A stretch of DNA of 64,000 nucleotides. Source: Pseudomonadota bacterium. Lineage in GTDB: Archaea > Thermoplasmatota > SW-10-69-26 > JACQPN01 > JAJPHT01. Positions 1-9,216 of the stretch are shown in pieces (the first letter of the stretch is position 1; each line of letters opens with the position of its first letter). The stretch is from contig JAJPHT010000006.1 in assembly GCA_021325135.1 (NCBI GenBank), positions 1,034 to 65,033 on the forward strand, in the 5' to 3' direction. Position numbers and translations under genes: made by a program. Under the pieces are notes generated by a model. It did no database searches. It worked only from the letters and a program-made list of their open reading frames with translations, and was not told the DNA's origin.

Positions 1-532
1 ACACCTGGCGGCCCTCGGTCTGCGCCTGGAGCACCTTGCCCCAGGGGGTCCCGGAGAGCGCCTCCACGACGGCCTCGATGGAGTCCAGGCGGCAAAGCTC
101 CTCGAGGCGGGGCGCCAGCGAGCCCGTGGGGATCGTCTCGGCGAGGATCTCCTCGGGGCGCGCGCCGGCGAACTTGCCGCGCAGGATCGTCTTGACGTTG
201 TACGCGTCGTAGCGGGCGAGGTACTGCGCGATCATGAGCTGGAGCTCGCCCGTGGCGAAGCCCAGGATCTGCGAGTACGCGCGGCCCAGCTTGAGGCGGG
301 TCGCGCGCTCGACGAGCTCCGCGCCGCGGTAGCGGGCGGCAAGCTCGTCGATCTCGGCCTTGTACGTGCCCTCCTGGAGGTGGCGGGCGATCTCGCTGGC
401 GTCGCGGGCCAGGAGCTTGGGGTACTCCTCGGGGGGCAGCAGCGCGGCCTTCTTCGCGCGGACGCGCGCGTTGACGTAGGCGTAGTTCCCGCCGCCGCCC
501 ATGCCAAGCTTGCCGAAGAGACGCGACGCCAT
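1..532 (-). CDS. atpC: A-type ATP synthase subunit C (5' part only; runs off window start)
   Basis: The minus-strand ATG at 532 gives MASRLFGKLGMGGGGNYAYVNARVRAKKAALLPPEEY..., a typical archaeal subunit C N-terminus. It lies directly downstream of atpE in the canonical H-I-K-E-C order. It is absent from the ORF track because it is open-ended. Confidence 0.8.
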   Translation of the reverse strand, partial: MASRLFGKLGMGGGGNYAYVNARVRAKKAALLPPEEYPKLLARDASEIARHLQEGTYKAEIDELAARYRGAELVERATRLKLGRAYSQILGFATGELQLMIAQYLARYDAYNVKTILRGKFAGARPEEILAETIPTGSLAPRLEELCRLDSIEAVVEALSGTPWGKVLQAQTEGRQV

Positions 533-539
533 GGTGATC

Positions 540-1088
540 TCACGCCTTCAGGAGCTTCGCGATCTCGTTGGTGGAGCCGTTCCAGATCTCGTCGAGGAGC
601 GTCTCGTAGCGCAGGTTCTCGCGCGTGGCGCCGTCGGCGGCCTCCACCACGACGCCGCCCAGCCCTTCGAACGTGCCGGCGACCTTGAGGCCGAGCTTCT
701 GCGCGAGCTTCTCGTCCTGCTTCGCGACCCAGATCTTCCCGTTGGGCTGGTTCGCGCGCGCCACGAGGGCCTTGATGTGGGCCTCGCGCTTGGGCTCGGG
801 CAGCGCCATGAGGCGCTGCTCAAGCTCCGTGCGCAGCGACGAGACGAGCTCGCGCTCCGCGGCGAGGCGGAGGCGGCGGGCCTCGAGGTCGGCGTTCGCG
901 GACTCGCGCTTGACGAGGGAGTCCGCGGCGGCCTGCGCCTCGGCGGCGCGCTTCGCGCGGATCTCGTCGGCCTGGCGCTTCGCGTCGGCGAGGATGGCGT
1001 CCGCCTCCTTGCGGGCGGTGGCCACCGTGGACTGCGAGGCGTTGCGGCCCTCGGAGCGGATGTTGTCAACGACCTTGTCGAGGCCCAT
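540..1088 (-). CDS. atpE: A-type ATP synthase subunit E
   Basis: 182 aa. The N-terminal half is a charged coiled coil (MGLDKVVDNIRSEG...KRQADEIRAKR) and the C-terminal part is globular. It sits between atpK and atpC. Confidence 0.8.
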   Translation of the reverse strand: MGLDKVVDNIRSEGRNASQSTVATARKEADAILADAKRQADEIRAKRAAEAQAAADSLVKRESANADLEARRLRLAAERELVSSLRTELEQRLMALPEPKREAHIKALVARANQPNGKIWVAKQDEKLAQKLGLKVAGTFEGLGGVVVEAADGATRENLRYETLLDEIWNGSTNEIAKLLKA

Positions 1089-1126
1089 GGGGAATCTCTC
1101 CTCGTTCGGTTCTCTCGCTTCCTTCC

Positions 1127-1459
1127 TCAGGCGATCTTGCCCAGGAGCAGGAAGGCGATCAGGAGACCGAAGATGACCACGGTCTCGGGGATGGCGATGA
1201 AGAGCAGCGCGCGGCCGAGGAAGCCGGCGTCCTCGGCGGTGGCGCCCACGGCGGCGGCGCCGATCTGGGACTGCGCGATGCCGGTGCCGAGGCCGGCGAG
1301 ACCGACCGCGAGGCCGGCGCCGATGGCGATCCAGCCGCCCTGGGTGTAGGTGTTGTCGGGAGCGCCGGCGGCCTGGGCGCCGACGGTGGGAGCAAGGCCG
1401 AGGACGACGAGGGCGAGGCCGACGATGACGAGCGTCTTGTTCATTCCAAATCTCTCCAT
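1127..1459 (-). CDS. atpK: A-type ATP synthase proteolipid subunit K (c subunit)
   Basis: Gly/Ala-rich hairpin GAGLAVGLAGLGTGIAQSQIGAAAVG...LLFIAIPETVVIFGLLIAFLL with the conserved carboxylate (IPET). The alternative start at MNKTL is 5 codons downstream. Confidence 0.85.
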   Translation of the reverse strand: MERFGMNKTLVIVGLALVVLGLAPTVGAQAAGAPDNTYTQGGWIAIGAGLAVGLAGLGTGIAQSQIGAAAVGATAEDAGFLGRALLFIAIPETVVIFGLLIAFLLLGKIA

Positions 1460-1471
1460 GATGCTACGGGA

Positions 1472-3586
1472 CTAGGGGGACGAAGGGGAGTTCGCGGGGG
1501 TGGTGACCTGCCGCTCGCGGCCGAAGGGCTTGAACGGCTGGCCGCCGCCCTTGAAGAACTTCGTGAAGAACTCCACGAAGTTGAGACGGATGGCCTGGAT
1601 GCCCGCGCTGAGCACGCCCAGCACGAACAGGAGCGCCTGGATCACGAGGAAGAGCAGGAAGGCCACGATGAGCAGCGGGATGCCCGCGCCCGCGGAGAGG
1701 CCGATGCTCACCAGCGTGAGGTTGTTGAACGCGACGGCCATGGCGCCCTTGGCGATGGCGACCGCGCCCAGACGCAGGTAGGACAGGATGTTGCTGAGCA
1801 TCGAGGGGATCTCGAGGACCCCCGCGGCGCCTTCGGCCCAGCCCAGGATGATGGCGCCCACGACGAAGCCGACGCCCGCGATCGTGTACGCCTGGCCCGC
1901 GGTGAGGAAGGGGGGCAGGGCGGAGAGGAGCGCCAGCACGGCGGGGTAGAACGCGATCAGCAGGACGAGGAAGCCGATCTTGGCGGCCAGGTGCTTGGCG
2001 CCGTGGCCCATCTCGTTGCGGATGCCGATGAGCAGGCCGATGAGGAGGTGGATGCCCGCGGCGACGAGCGAGATGACGAGCATCGTGTGCACGTCGTTGA
2101 CCTTGTGGATGATGGGCTCCAGGTGCGGCAGCGAGGCGAGGCTCGTCTGGCGGCTGGCCGACATGAGGCAGGTCCACGTCGCCTCGTGGACCTTGTCGTA
2201 CACGTCGCCGCAGGTGGCGGTGGCGACGTCGATCTTGGCCTCCTCCAGCATGCGGTCGTTGTGCGTGAGCGGGATGCCGAAGGCGTCCTGGAACACGACG
2301 CCGCCGAACACCATGGCGATGACGCCGGCGACGATGAACGCGACGCCAAGCTCCTTCATGAGCTCGACGCGCTTGAGCTTCGTGACCATGAGCCAGCCCA
2401 GGAGGGCCATGACGATGCCCAGGCCCAGGTCGCCGATCATGAAGCCGAAGAAGAGCGGGAAGAAGAGCGCCAGGATGGCGGTGGGGTCCGCCTCGTCATA
2501 GCGGGGCGTGGAGAAGAGGTTGGTGAAGCCCTCGAAGGGGCGGAACGCACGGGCGTTCTTGTACTTCGTCGGGGGCACGCTCTTGGGGGGCGCCGCGGGG
2601 GCGTCCGTCATGGCGTCCGCGCCGGCGTCGTGGTGGCCGTGCCCGTGGTGGTCGTCCTCCACGGGGAGGTCAGCGAAGTAGACGTTGCCGCCCGTGGCCT
2701 GCATGACGGCCTGCTCCACCTTCGCGCGGGCGGAGGCGGGGACCCAGGCGTCGACGACGAAGGCGTTCTCGGTGGAGCCGAAGGAGAGGGGCGCCTCGGC
2801 CTTCTCCACGAGGATGGCGAGGTGCTCCTCGGCGGCAAGGAGGAAGTCCTTGTGCTCGGCCGCGAGGCGGGCCAATTCGGCGTCGGCCTGGGCGAGGCGC
2901 TGCGCGAGGGCGGCGCGCTCGGACTCCAGCGAGGCGAGGCGCTCGGCGGGGGCGCCCGTGCCGGCGGGGACCTCGACCTCGGCGAAGCCGTGGCGGTAGA
3001 GGATCTCCTGCACGGCGGAGGCCTGCGCGGAGGGGACGAAGAGGGCGAAGACGGAGCCCTCGCCGCGGACGACCTGCGAGTCGGGCGCCGCGCGGACGAC
3101 CTCCATCTCGAAGCCCTCCTCGGCGCGGCCGACGAAGACCGTGAGCGTGTCGTAGCCGCGGTAGTCCTCCAGGCGCAGCGGGAGCGACGCGAGGGGCTGA
3201 AGCTTGGTCTCCAGCTCGCGGCTCTCCTGGAGCGCGGTGCGGAGGGACTCGCGCCCCTCGTGGGCGCGGCTCACGGCGGCCTCGATCTGGTCAAGCTGCG
3301 AGTCGAGGCGGGCCTCCACGTCGCGCACGGGGAGCGCGCGGTCGGGGAGCTTGCCCTCCAGCGAGAGGTGGCGCAGGAGCGCGCGGACGCGCACGAGGCG
3401 CTCGGAGGCCGGGCCGGCCTCGGGGAGGGGGCGGCCCAGGCGGAACTCGGCGAGGTCCGCGGACTTGGACTCGGTGAAGTCGACGAAGTGCGCCGCGCGG
3501 AGCCCGTGGAGCGTCTCGATGACGCGGGGCTGCTGCGCCTTCGCGGCGACGATGAGCACGCGCTCCATGGCTTCGGGCTTGAGCAT
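1472..3586 (-). CDS. atpI: A-type ATP synthase subunit I (a subunit)
   Basis: 704 aa with an N-terminal cytoplasmic coiled-coil domain and a C-terminal multi-TM domain (LSNILSYLRLGAVAIAKGAMA). Operon position fits. Confidence 0.9.
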   Translation of the reverse strand: MLKPEAMERVLIVAAKAQQPRVIETLHGLRAAHFVDFTESKSADLAEFRLGRPLPEAGPASERLVRVRALLRHLSLEGKLPDRALPVRDVEARLDSQLDQIEAAVSRAHEGRESLRTALQESRELETKLQPLASLPLRLEDYRGYDTLTVFVGRAEEGFEMEVVRAAPDSQVVRGEGSVFALFVPSAQASAVQEILYRHGFAEVEVPAGTGAPAERLASLESERAALAQRLAQADAELARLAAEHKDFLLAAEEHLAILVEKAEAPLSFGSTENAFVVDAWVPASARAKVEQAVMQATGGNVYFADLPVEDDHHGHGHHDAGADAMTDAPAAPPKSVPPTKYKNARAFRPFEGFTNLFSTPRYDEADPTAILALFFPLFFGFMIGDLGLGIVMALLGWLMVTKLKRVELMKELGVAFIVAGVIAMVFGGVVFQDAFGIPLTHNDRMLEEAKIDVATATCGDVYDKVHEATWTCLMSASRQTSLASLPHLEPIIHKVNDVHTMLVISLVAAGIHLLIGLLIGIRNEMGHGAKHLAAKIGFLVLLIAFYPAVLALLSALPPFLTAGQAYTIAGVGFVVGAIILGWAEGAAGVLEIPSMLSNILSYLRLGAVAIAKGAMAVAFNNLTLVSIGLSAGAGIPLLIVAFLLFLVIQALLFVLGVLSAGIQAIRLNFVEFFTKFFKGGGQPFKPFGRERQVTTPANSPSSP

Positions 3587-3592
3587 GGGGCC

Positions 3593-3925
3593 TCACTTCC
3601 CAGCGACGTGCCTCTCGACGTTGGCCAGGAGCGCATCCAGCGCCGCCTTGAAGTCGGGCCCCTGGGCGCGGGCGCGCACGGCGGCCGCGTCCTTCTCGCC
3701 GGCGGCGAGGCGCTGGACGCGCGCCTTCTCGGCGGAAACCCTGGCGACCTCGACCGCGTTGGAGTACGCCTCGTCGGCCTGCTTGCGGGCCTGCTCAAGA
3801 AGCTGGTTGGCCTGGCGCTCCGCGTCGCGGAGGATCTGCACGGCCTGCTTCTGGGCATCGGCCTTGAGGTCGCGCACCTCGGCTTCGGCCTTCTTGACCT
3901 CGCGAAGCGCCTCGGCGTACTGCAT
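3593..3925 (-). CDS. atpH: A-type ATP synthase subunit H
   Basis: 110-aa coiled-coil protein MQYAEALREVKKAEAEVRDLK..., the first gene of the atp cluster. The 413-aa ORF in the track is an upstream in-frame extension without coding character. Confidence 0.7.
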   Translation of the reverse strand: MQYAEALREVKKAEAEVRDLKADAQKQAVQILRDAERQANQLLEQARKQADEAYSNAVEVARVSAEKARVQRLAAGEKDAAAVRARAQGPDFKAALDALLANVERHVAGK

Positions 3926-3953
3926 GGGGCTCGCGCCGCACAAGGAGGAGGGG

Positions 3954-3967
3954 GTATATGTAGCTAT
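3954..3967 (-). promoter_or_regulatory. putative TATA-like box for the atp operon
   Basis: An isolated AT-rich patch (minus strand ATAGCTACATATAC) sits about 30 nt upstream of the atpH ATG in otherwise GC-rich DNA. Confidence 0.3.
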
Positions 3968-4059
3968 GCCGGGACCCGCGTGAGGCGAAAATCTCTCGGG
4001 GAAAACGGGGGGCCGCGTCGCGCGGAAAAACGTCCACGCGCGACGCGGCGGAGACGCGC

Positions 4060-5274
4060 TCAGGAGAGCACGTCGAGGGGCACGGGGGAGCCCACGTCGA
4101 TCTGCTGGAGGGCGCCCACGGGGCTCGCGGCCCAGGTCCAGGCGACGCCCTGGTTGCTGTAGCCGTAGCAGGAGGGGGCGCCGCCCTGCGCGCTGCAGGA
4201 CTGCTGCGTCTCGTTGCCCACGCTCAGGCGCGTCCCGTTGGGGCCTTCCACCACGTAGCCGTGGAAGCAGTGGGAGGAGTCGAACGAGGACGAGGAGCCT
4301 GACGTGGTCTCGTTGCCCGAGCCGGTCGTGGAGGACTGCGAGCTGCTCTGGGAGCGGCACGCGTCCTCGCGGCCGGCGAAGACGCCCTCGCCCTCGGCGG
4401 TCGCGTCGGCGCCGGAGCGGCAGTCGCTGCTCCTCGTGCCGTCGTTGGACCCGTACGACCAGGAGTCGGTGCCCGAGTAGGTGTCGTACGTCGTCTCGTT
4501 GGAGAAGGAGGCCGTGCAGCTGTTGATCTCGCCCGCGCGGACGCCGTGGCCGTCGAGGCCGGCGAAGACGTGGTTGCCGCACTCGTCGGAGGAGGAGCCC
4601 TGCCAGGCGGACCGGCCGTCCTGCCAGGAGCTGGACGTGCCGTTGCCGTCGTTGTAGCTGCTCCAGGAGCTCTGGCTGTGGCCCTGGCCGGAGAAGGTGT
4701 CGGAGCACCCTTCGACCTGGCCGGCGCTGGCGCCCAGCGCGTCGACCTCGGCGCCCTGGCTGCTGGCGCGGTTGTACTGGTACGCGCCCTGGTAGGTGTC
4801 GGACCCCGAGTTGAAGTACGAGTCGTGGTACCACGAGGAGTCGTAGCTGGAGCCGGAGGAGTCGTTGGTCGAGTTGCGCTGGTAGACGGTCGCGGACGCC
4901 AGGGAGCCGGCGCCGTCGCTGGCCTGCGCGTCGAGGGTGTCGGCCTCAGCGCGGCAGGACTGCGAATGCTGGTAGGCGTAGCCGTACCCGCCGTAGGAGT
5001 AGTCCGAGGGGGACGGGGGCGGGGGCGGCGGCGTGGTCCCGTTGGTGTCGTTGGTGCCGTTCGTCGGCACGGGGACGGGCGGGGGGACGCTGGGGCCCCA
5101 GTAGGAGTAGGAGGTGTACCAGGACGAGCCGTTGCAGGACGAGTCCTGGGTGAAGGTCTGGACATCGGCGCCGGGCCCATTGGCGGCGGCCAGGGGGACG
5201 GCGAGCAGGATCAGGGTGGCAAGGATGGTGCGCACGGGGGCGAAGCCTCCAGCCGCTGGGAAGCGCTGACCCAT
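4060..5274 (-). CDS. secreted Ser/Gly/Tyr/Trp/Cys-rich protein of unknown function
   Basis: N-terminal signal/TM segment (TILATLILLAVPLAAANG). It has a PPPPPPP linker, many N-x-S/T sequons, about 12 Cys and repeated S-rich/aromatic blocks. Confidence 0.6.
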   Translation of the reverse strand: MGQRFPAAGGFAPVRTILATLILLAVPLAAANGPGADVQTFTQDSSCNGSSWYTSYSYWGPSVPPPVPVPTNGTNDTNGTTPPPPPPSPSDYSYGGYGYAYQHSQSCRAEADTLDAQASDGAGSLASATVYQRNSTNDSSGSSYDSSWYHDSYFNSGSDTYQGAYQYNRASSQGAEVDALGASAGQVEGCSDTFSGQGHSQSSWSSYNDGNGTSSSWQDGRSAWQGSSSDECGNHVFAGLDGHGVRAGEINSCTASFSNETTYDTYSGTDSWSYGSNDGTRSSDCRSGADATAEGEGVFAGREDACRSQSSSQSSTTGSGNETTSGSSSSFDSSHCFHGYVVEGPNGTRLSVGNETQQSCSAQGGAPSCYGYSNQGVAWTWAASPVGALQQIDVGSPVPLDVLS

Positions 5275-5373
5275 CCTGAACTCATTGGTGACGTTTTGTC
5301 AGCGTCCGGGATTCCCCCTTTCCCGCTGCCGATTCTGGTCGGCCGTTCCCGTGCGGAATCCCGCTCCCGGGGG

Positions 5374-6171
5374 TTACACCACGAAGCCCGCGCCGCCCTT
5401 GCGCGGGGCCTGGACGAGCCAGTCGAAGGTGGCGTCGGCCGTGGAGCCGCCCGTCGCGCGGACGGTGACGTGGTCGCGCGCCTTCTCGGCGACGTAGAGC
5501 GCGGGCCCGTCGCTGGTGAGCGTCACCTGGACAGTCATGTTGCCCACGTCCTCCAGGGCCTGGAAGGGCTGCGGGAGGTCGACCCGGGCCGTGCCGTTCT
5601 GGAGGGAGGCGCTGCCGCGGGCGAAGACGGTGACCTCGGCGCCCTCGGTGGGCGCGGTGCTCACGGTGAACGGGACGCCAGTGGAGGTCACGAGGAGCGT
5701 GCGCGTGCCCAGGAAGCGCGTCGCGGTGACGTTGCCGCCCGCGAGGAGGTCTCCCTCCACCTCGAAGGCGCGGGCCACCTGGCTCCAGCGCAGCGCGTGG
5801 ACGGCGGCGAGGCCGGGCTCGTAGAAGTTGAGCGCGGGATCGACGGCGGCGCTGGACGCGATGAGGGAGAGGTTGCCCAGCCCCACGAAGTCGCCATCCG
5901 CGATGACGGCGCCCGGGTTCACGGTGAGGTTGCGGCACGCGCCCGCGCAGGCCTGGAGCACTTGCGTCTGCGCGACGGGCGCCAGGGCGATGGCCAGCGT
6001 GTGGTTCTCCGGCGAGGGCGTGACCACGAGCCCCTGCCCCGCCTCCAGGTGGATCGCGCCGTCGCCCGCGGGCGCGACGCCGGAGAGGGACACCGGGCGC
6101 GCGCCCAGGGTGCATCCAGAAAGGAGGGCCGCCACGAGGAGAAGGAGGATCGCGCCGCCGCGTTGCGTCAT
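5374..6171 (-). CDS. lipobox-containing secreted protein, unknown function
   Basis: Starts MTQRGGAILLLLVAALLSGC (lipobox-like LSGC). The rest has beta-rich composition. The upstream part of the 404-aa track ORF lacks coding character. Confidence 0.6.
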   Translation of the reverse strand: MTQRGGAILLLLVAALLSGCTLGARPVSLSGVAPAGDGAIHLEAGQGLVVTPSPENHTLAIALAPVAQTQVLQACAGACRNLTVNPGAVIADGDFVGLGNLSLIASSAAVDPALNFYEPGLAAVHALRWSQVARAFEVEGDLLAGGNVTATRFLGTRTLLVTSTGVPFTVSTAPTEGAEVTVFARGSASLQNGTARVDLPQPFQALEDVGNMTVQVTLTSDGPALYVAEKARDHVTVRATGGSTADATFDWLVQAPRKGGAGFVV

Positions 6172-6212
6172 GGGCTCGCGAGGGCGGGGCGCGTGGGATA
6201 AGGTTTGGGAAC

Positions 6213-6581
6213 TCACGCCGCGATGGGCTGCCTCGCCTCGCGGCGCCCGAGGCGCGCGATCCGCAGGACGACCTCGTAGGCGTGCGACACCTTGCCCCCT
6301 TCCAGGTGCGTCTCGACGCCGTCGAGCGCGTCGGCGGGGACGACGTAGTACGACGTGAGGCAGGTGAGGCCGCCGCGAAGGACCGCGGGCGGCTCGGTGG
6401 CGACGAGGCGGGCGCGCGGGTCCTTGGGCGTCGTGCGCATCTCGCGGTGGACGCCCACGATGTCCTTCACGACGACGAGCGCCTCGCTGGAGGAGAGCGC
6501 GCGGCCCGCCCAGGCGTAGAGGCCGTCGCGGCCCTTGTCGCTGGTGACGAGGAGGCGGGGCTCGAGAGCCGGGGTCTGCAT
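6213..6581 (-). CDS. hypothetical protein (122 aa)
   Basis: ORF read from MQTPALEPRLLVTSDKGRDGLYAWAG.... It is divergent from the flavoprotein gene. An alternative start lies at 6647. I recognise no family. Confidence 0.45.
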   Translation of the reverse strand: MQTPALEPRLLVTSDKGRDGLYAWAGRALSSSEALVVVKDIVGVHREMRTTPKDPRARLVATEPPAVLRGGLTCLTSYYVVPADALDGVETHLEGGKVSHAYEVVLRIARLGRREARQPIAA

Positions 6582-6671
6582 GCAGCACGCCTTGGGTGGG
6601 CGCTCTAAAGCACGCACGGACTTACCCGGGGGAGTTGTAGCCTTCATGCGGCAGGCCGACGTGGACCGCGC

Positions 6672-7790
6672 GTGGAACGGACGCCAGACGTGGCGGTCGT
6701 GGGCGCCAGCGCCGCGGGGCTCGCGGCCTCGTGGGCGGCTGCCGGCGAAGGGGCAGACGTGCTGCTCCTGGAGGGGCGCGCCCGCATCGGCGAGCCGCCC
6801 GCGCCCGCCAGCCTGGCGTTCGACCTCCTCTGGGAGGCGCCCATCCGCCCATCGCCCGATGCGGTGCGGCGCCGGCACCGCGGCCTCGCCGTGCGCTCGC
6901 CCTCGGGCGCCTGCCTGGAGGTGGAGGCGCCCCTCTCGATCCTGGATCGCGGCCGCTTCGACGAGGAGCTTGCCGCCGAGGCGCAGCGCCGCGGCGCGCG
7001 CGTGGAGACGGGCGTCGCGGGCCTCGCGCTGGGGCCGGAGCGCACGCTCATCGCGCAAGGCCTCGTCGTGCGGCCGAAGGTCATCGTCTTCGCGGACGGC
7101 GCGCGCACGCTGGCCGCGGGCCTGCTCGCGACGCAGCGCAGCCCGGGAGACCTGGCGTGGGGCGCGCAGCTTGCGTTCGAGCGCGAGGGCGCCGCGCGGG
7201 AGGAGCGCGTCACGCTGACGCTGGGCTCGCACGCCCTGGGCGGCCGCTCGCAGCTGAATCCCCTGGAGGGCGACCGCTGGACGCACTGGACCTTCTACCG
7301 CGGCTCGCCGGCCGACGCCGAGGCGCGCGCCCGCGCCGCGCTGGCCCTGGACGCGCGCCTGCGCGGCTGGCCCGCGTCGGTGGCGGACGAGGCGCGCTTC
7401 GCGGGCGTCGCGCCCGATCCCGTCTACACGCTCCCCGGCCGGCTCTCGGCGCCCGGCGTCCTCGTGGCCGGCGGCGCGGGCGGGCAGGGCGGCCTGGAGA
7501 TCGGCCTGGGCGCGGGCGTCCTGGCGGGGCGCGTCGCGGCGGCGGTGGCGCGGGGGCGGGCGCAGCCGCGGGACTACGAGCGCGCCTGGAAGCGCCGCCA
7601 CCTGGCGGGCTATCTCCTCCTGCGCTGGGCCACGGACCGCCTCGCGCGGCTGCCCGACGCCGAGGTGGACCGCCTCCTCACGCCGTGGGACCGGCGCCGC
7701 ATCGCGCTGGAGGCGCCCGCGCGCGGGCTCGCGCGCAACCCGAAGGCGCTGCCCTCCCTCGCGCGCGCCGCGCTGCGCTCCCTATTCTAG
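6672..7790 (+). CDS. FAD-dependent oxidoreductase, geranylgeranyl-reductase-like
   Basis: N-terminal Rossmann motif DVAVVGASAAGLAASWAAAGEGADVLLLE. Length (372 aa) and layout resemble archaeal geranylgeranyl reductase family proteins. GTG start. Confidence 0.6.
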   Translation: MERTPDVAVVGASAAGLAASWAAAGEGADVLLLEGRARIGEPPAPASLAFDLLWEAPIRPSPDAVRRRHRGLAVRSPSGACLEVEAPLSILDRGRFDEELAAEAQRRGARVETGVAGLALGPERTLIAQGLVVRPKVIVFADGARTLAAGLLATQRSPGDLAWGAQLAFEREGAAREERVTLTLGSHALGGRSQLNPLEGDRWTHWTFYRGSPADAEARARAALALDARLRGWPASVADEARFAGVAPDPVYTLPGRLSAPGVLVAGGAGGQGGLEIGLGAGVLAGRVAAAVARGRAQPRDYERAWKRRHLAGYLLLRWATDRLARLPDAEVDRLLTPWDRRRIALEAPARGLARNPKALPSLARAALRSLF

Positions 7791-8060
7791 CGAGAGGTCG
7801 GCCGCCAGCGCGCGCACGGCGGCGTCGAGGGCGCCCACCGCGCACGGGTTCCCGCAGATGTCCGCGTGCAGGTGGTCGAGCCACGCGCGCCACTCCCCAG
7901 GGGGCGTGTCCGCCAGCTCGCCCGCCGCCCAGCGCAGCAGCGCCTCCGCGCTCACGGGCGTCTCGGGGGGCTGAAGGGCCGCGCGCGCCTCGCCCACGGC
8001 CCCGCCCTCGCGCAGCGCGACCTCGATGCCCTGCGCGTCGACGCGCCACGCGAGGCGCAT
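7782..8060 (-). CDS. hypothetical small protein (92 aa)
   Basis: ORF immediately downstream of, and co-oriented with, the S8 protease gene (4-nt gap). No recognisable motif. Confidence 0.35.
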   Translation of the reverse strand: MRLAWRVDAQGIEVALREGGAVGEARAALQPPETPVSAEALLRWAAGELADTPPGEWRAWLDHLHADICGNPCAVGALDAAVRALAADLSLE

Positions 8061-8064
8061 GATA

Positions 8065-9159
8065 TCACGAGAGGGCCCGCAGGAGCGCGTCCCCCTGCAC
8101 GAGGCCGTAGCCGTAGAAGTCGTCGTGGGAAGGGCCCGCCTGGCCGGAGAGCGCGCCGATCTTCTTGGAGGAGGTCGTGAGCGCGGTCTTCACCATCTCC
8201 ACCGTGGCCGAGTCGCGGTTCTTCAGGTCGGGGCGCTTCTGGAGCACGTCCGCCAGGATGCCGCCCAACATGGGCGCGGCCTGCGAGGTGCCCTGCGCGA
8301 TGGCGTAGCCGCCGTCCTTCCACGCGCTGGTGATGTCGACGCCGGGCGCCACGACCTCGGGCTTCTTGTCGGGGTCCTGCGAGGGCGTGCCCGGCTGCGG
8401 GTTGCGCACGCCGCCGGGGAGCGTGCCCCCTCCGCCGCTGGTGCCGGTGCCGTGGCACGAGAAGGGCGCGATGGTCTCGTTGCGCGCGACGGCGCCCACG
8501 GCGATGACGCCCGGCACGTTGGCGGGGCTCGTGACGGTGCAGGAGGTCTCGCCGGAGTCCTTGTCCACGTTGCCCGCGGCCGCGACGACGAAGACGCCCT
8601 GCGAGATGGCCTGCCGCACCGCGTTCTCGGTGTAGGTGCCGAAGATGGGCCGCGTGTCGCCGCCCAGGGAGAGGATGATGACGTTGGCGCCCGCGGAGAC
8701 GGCGGTGGTCACGCCCTGCGCGACGCGGCTCTCGTCGCCGTGGCCCGACGCGTCGATGGCCTTGATGACGATGAGCGACACGTCGGGCGCCACGCCCTTG
8801 AGGCGGTAGCCGTTGAAGATGGTCTTCCACGTGCCCTGCGCGGCGACGATGCCCGCGACGTGGCTGCCGTGGCCGTTGTCGTCGTAGGCCTTGGTGCGGC
8901 CGTTCACGAGGTCGGCCCACTGGATCTGCACGCCGCGGAACTCGTCGTGGGAGAGGTCGATGCCCGTGTCGATGATGGCGACGTTGACGCCCTTGCCCGT
9001 GAGGCCCGCGTTGTGGAGCGCGTCGGCCTGGATCATGTGCAGCGTCCAGGCGCCCTCGCCGTACCCGTTGGTGGATGCGGTCGTGATGCCGGTGCATCCC
9101 GAGAGCGGCACGGCGAGCAGCAGGACGACGGCGACGAGCGCCGGGCCGCGAGGGGCCAT
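8065..9159 (-). CDS. subtilisin-like serine protease (peptidase S8), lipobox/secreted
   Basis: Catalytic triad motifs IIDTGID (Asp), GHGSHVAGIVAA (His) and GTSQAAPMLGG (Ser). The N-terminus VVLLLAVPLSGCTG is a signal/lipobox. Confidence 0.85.
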   Translation of the reverse strand: MAPRGPALVAVVLLLAVPLSGCTGITTASTNGYGEGAWTLHMIQADALHNAGLTGKGVNVAIIDTGIDLSHDEFRGVQIQWADLVNGRTKAYDDNGHGSHVAGIVAAQGTWKTIFNGYRLKGVAPDVSLIVIKAIDASGHGDESRVAQGVTTAVSAGANVIILSLGGDTRPIFGTYTENAVRQAISQGVFVVAAAGNVDKDSGETSCTVTSPANVPGVIAVGAVARNETIAPFSCHGTGTSGGGGTLPGGVRNPQPGTPSQDPDKKPEVVAPGVDITSAWKDGGYAIAQGTSQAAPMLGGILADVLQKRPDLKNRDSATVEMVKTALTTSSKKIGALSGQAGPSHDDFYGYGLVQGDALLRALS

Positions 9160-9216
9160 CGGGCGCGGAGCCGGCAGCCGGGTGATGAGGATTGTGGATA
9201 CGGAGCCGCGCCGCCT

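Noticed and set aside
1991-4162. Very long ORFs antisense to, or out of frame with, recognisable genes. Examples: 1991-4162 (+), 8026-10974 (+), 13270-15360 (+, N-terminal part), 19966-21954 (-), 27508-29895 (-), 31275-34004 (-), 31400-35293 (+), 35230-37689 (-), 46571-49003 (+), 50757-53447 (-), 56165-57922 (-) and 60521-62200 (+).
   Set aside because: Their translations are Arg/Gly/Ala/Pro/Asp/His-rich low-complexity sequence, typical of stop-codon-poor shadow frames in ~70% GC DNA. Each overlaps a gene with clear family motifs in another frame or strand.
3926-4834. N-terminal extension of atpH to a 413-aa ORF. Similar upstream extensions occur at 5374-6588, 6213-7601, 40306-41526, 46823-49615, 19971-21026 and 23988-26060.
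   Set aside because: The extensions have shadow-frame composition and overlap other convincing genes. They also precede obvious natural N-termini such as signal peptides and conserved family starts. Shorter starts were chosen.
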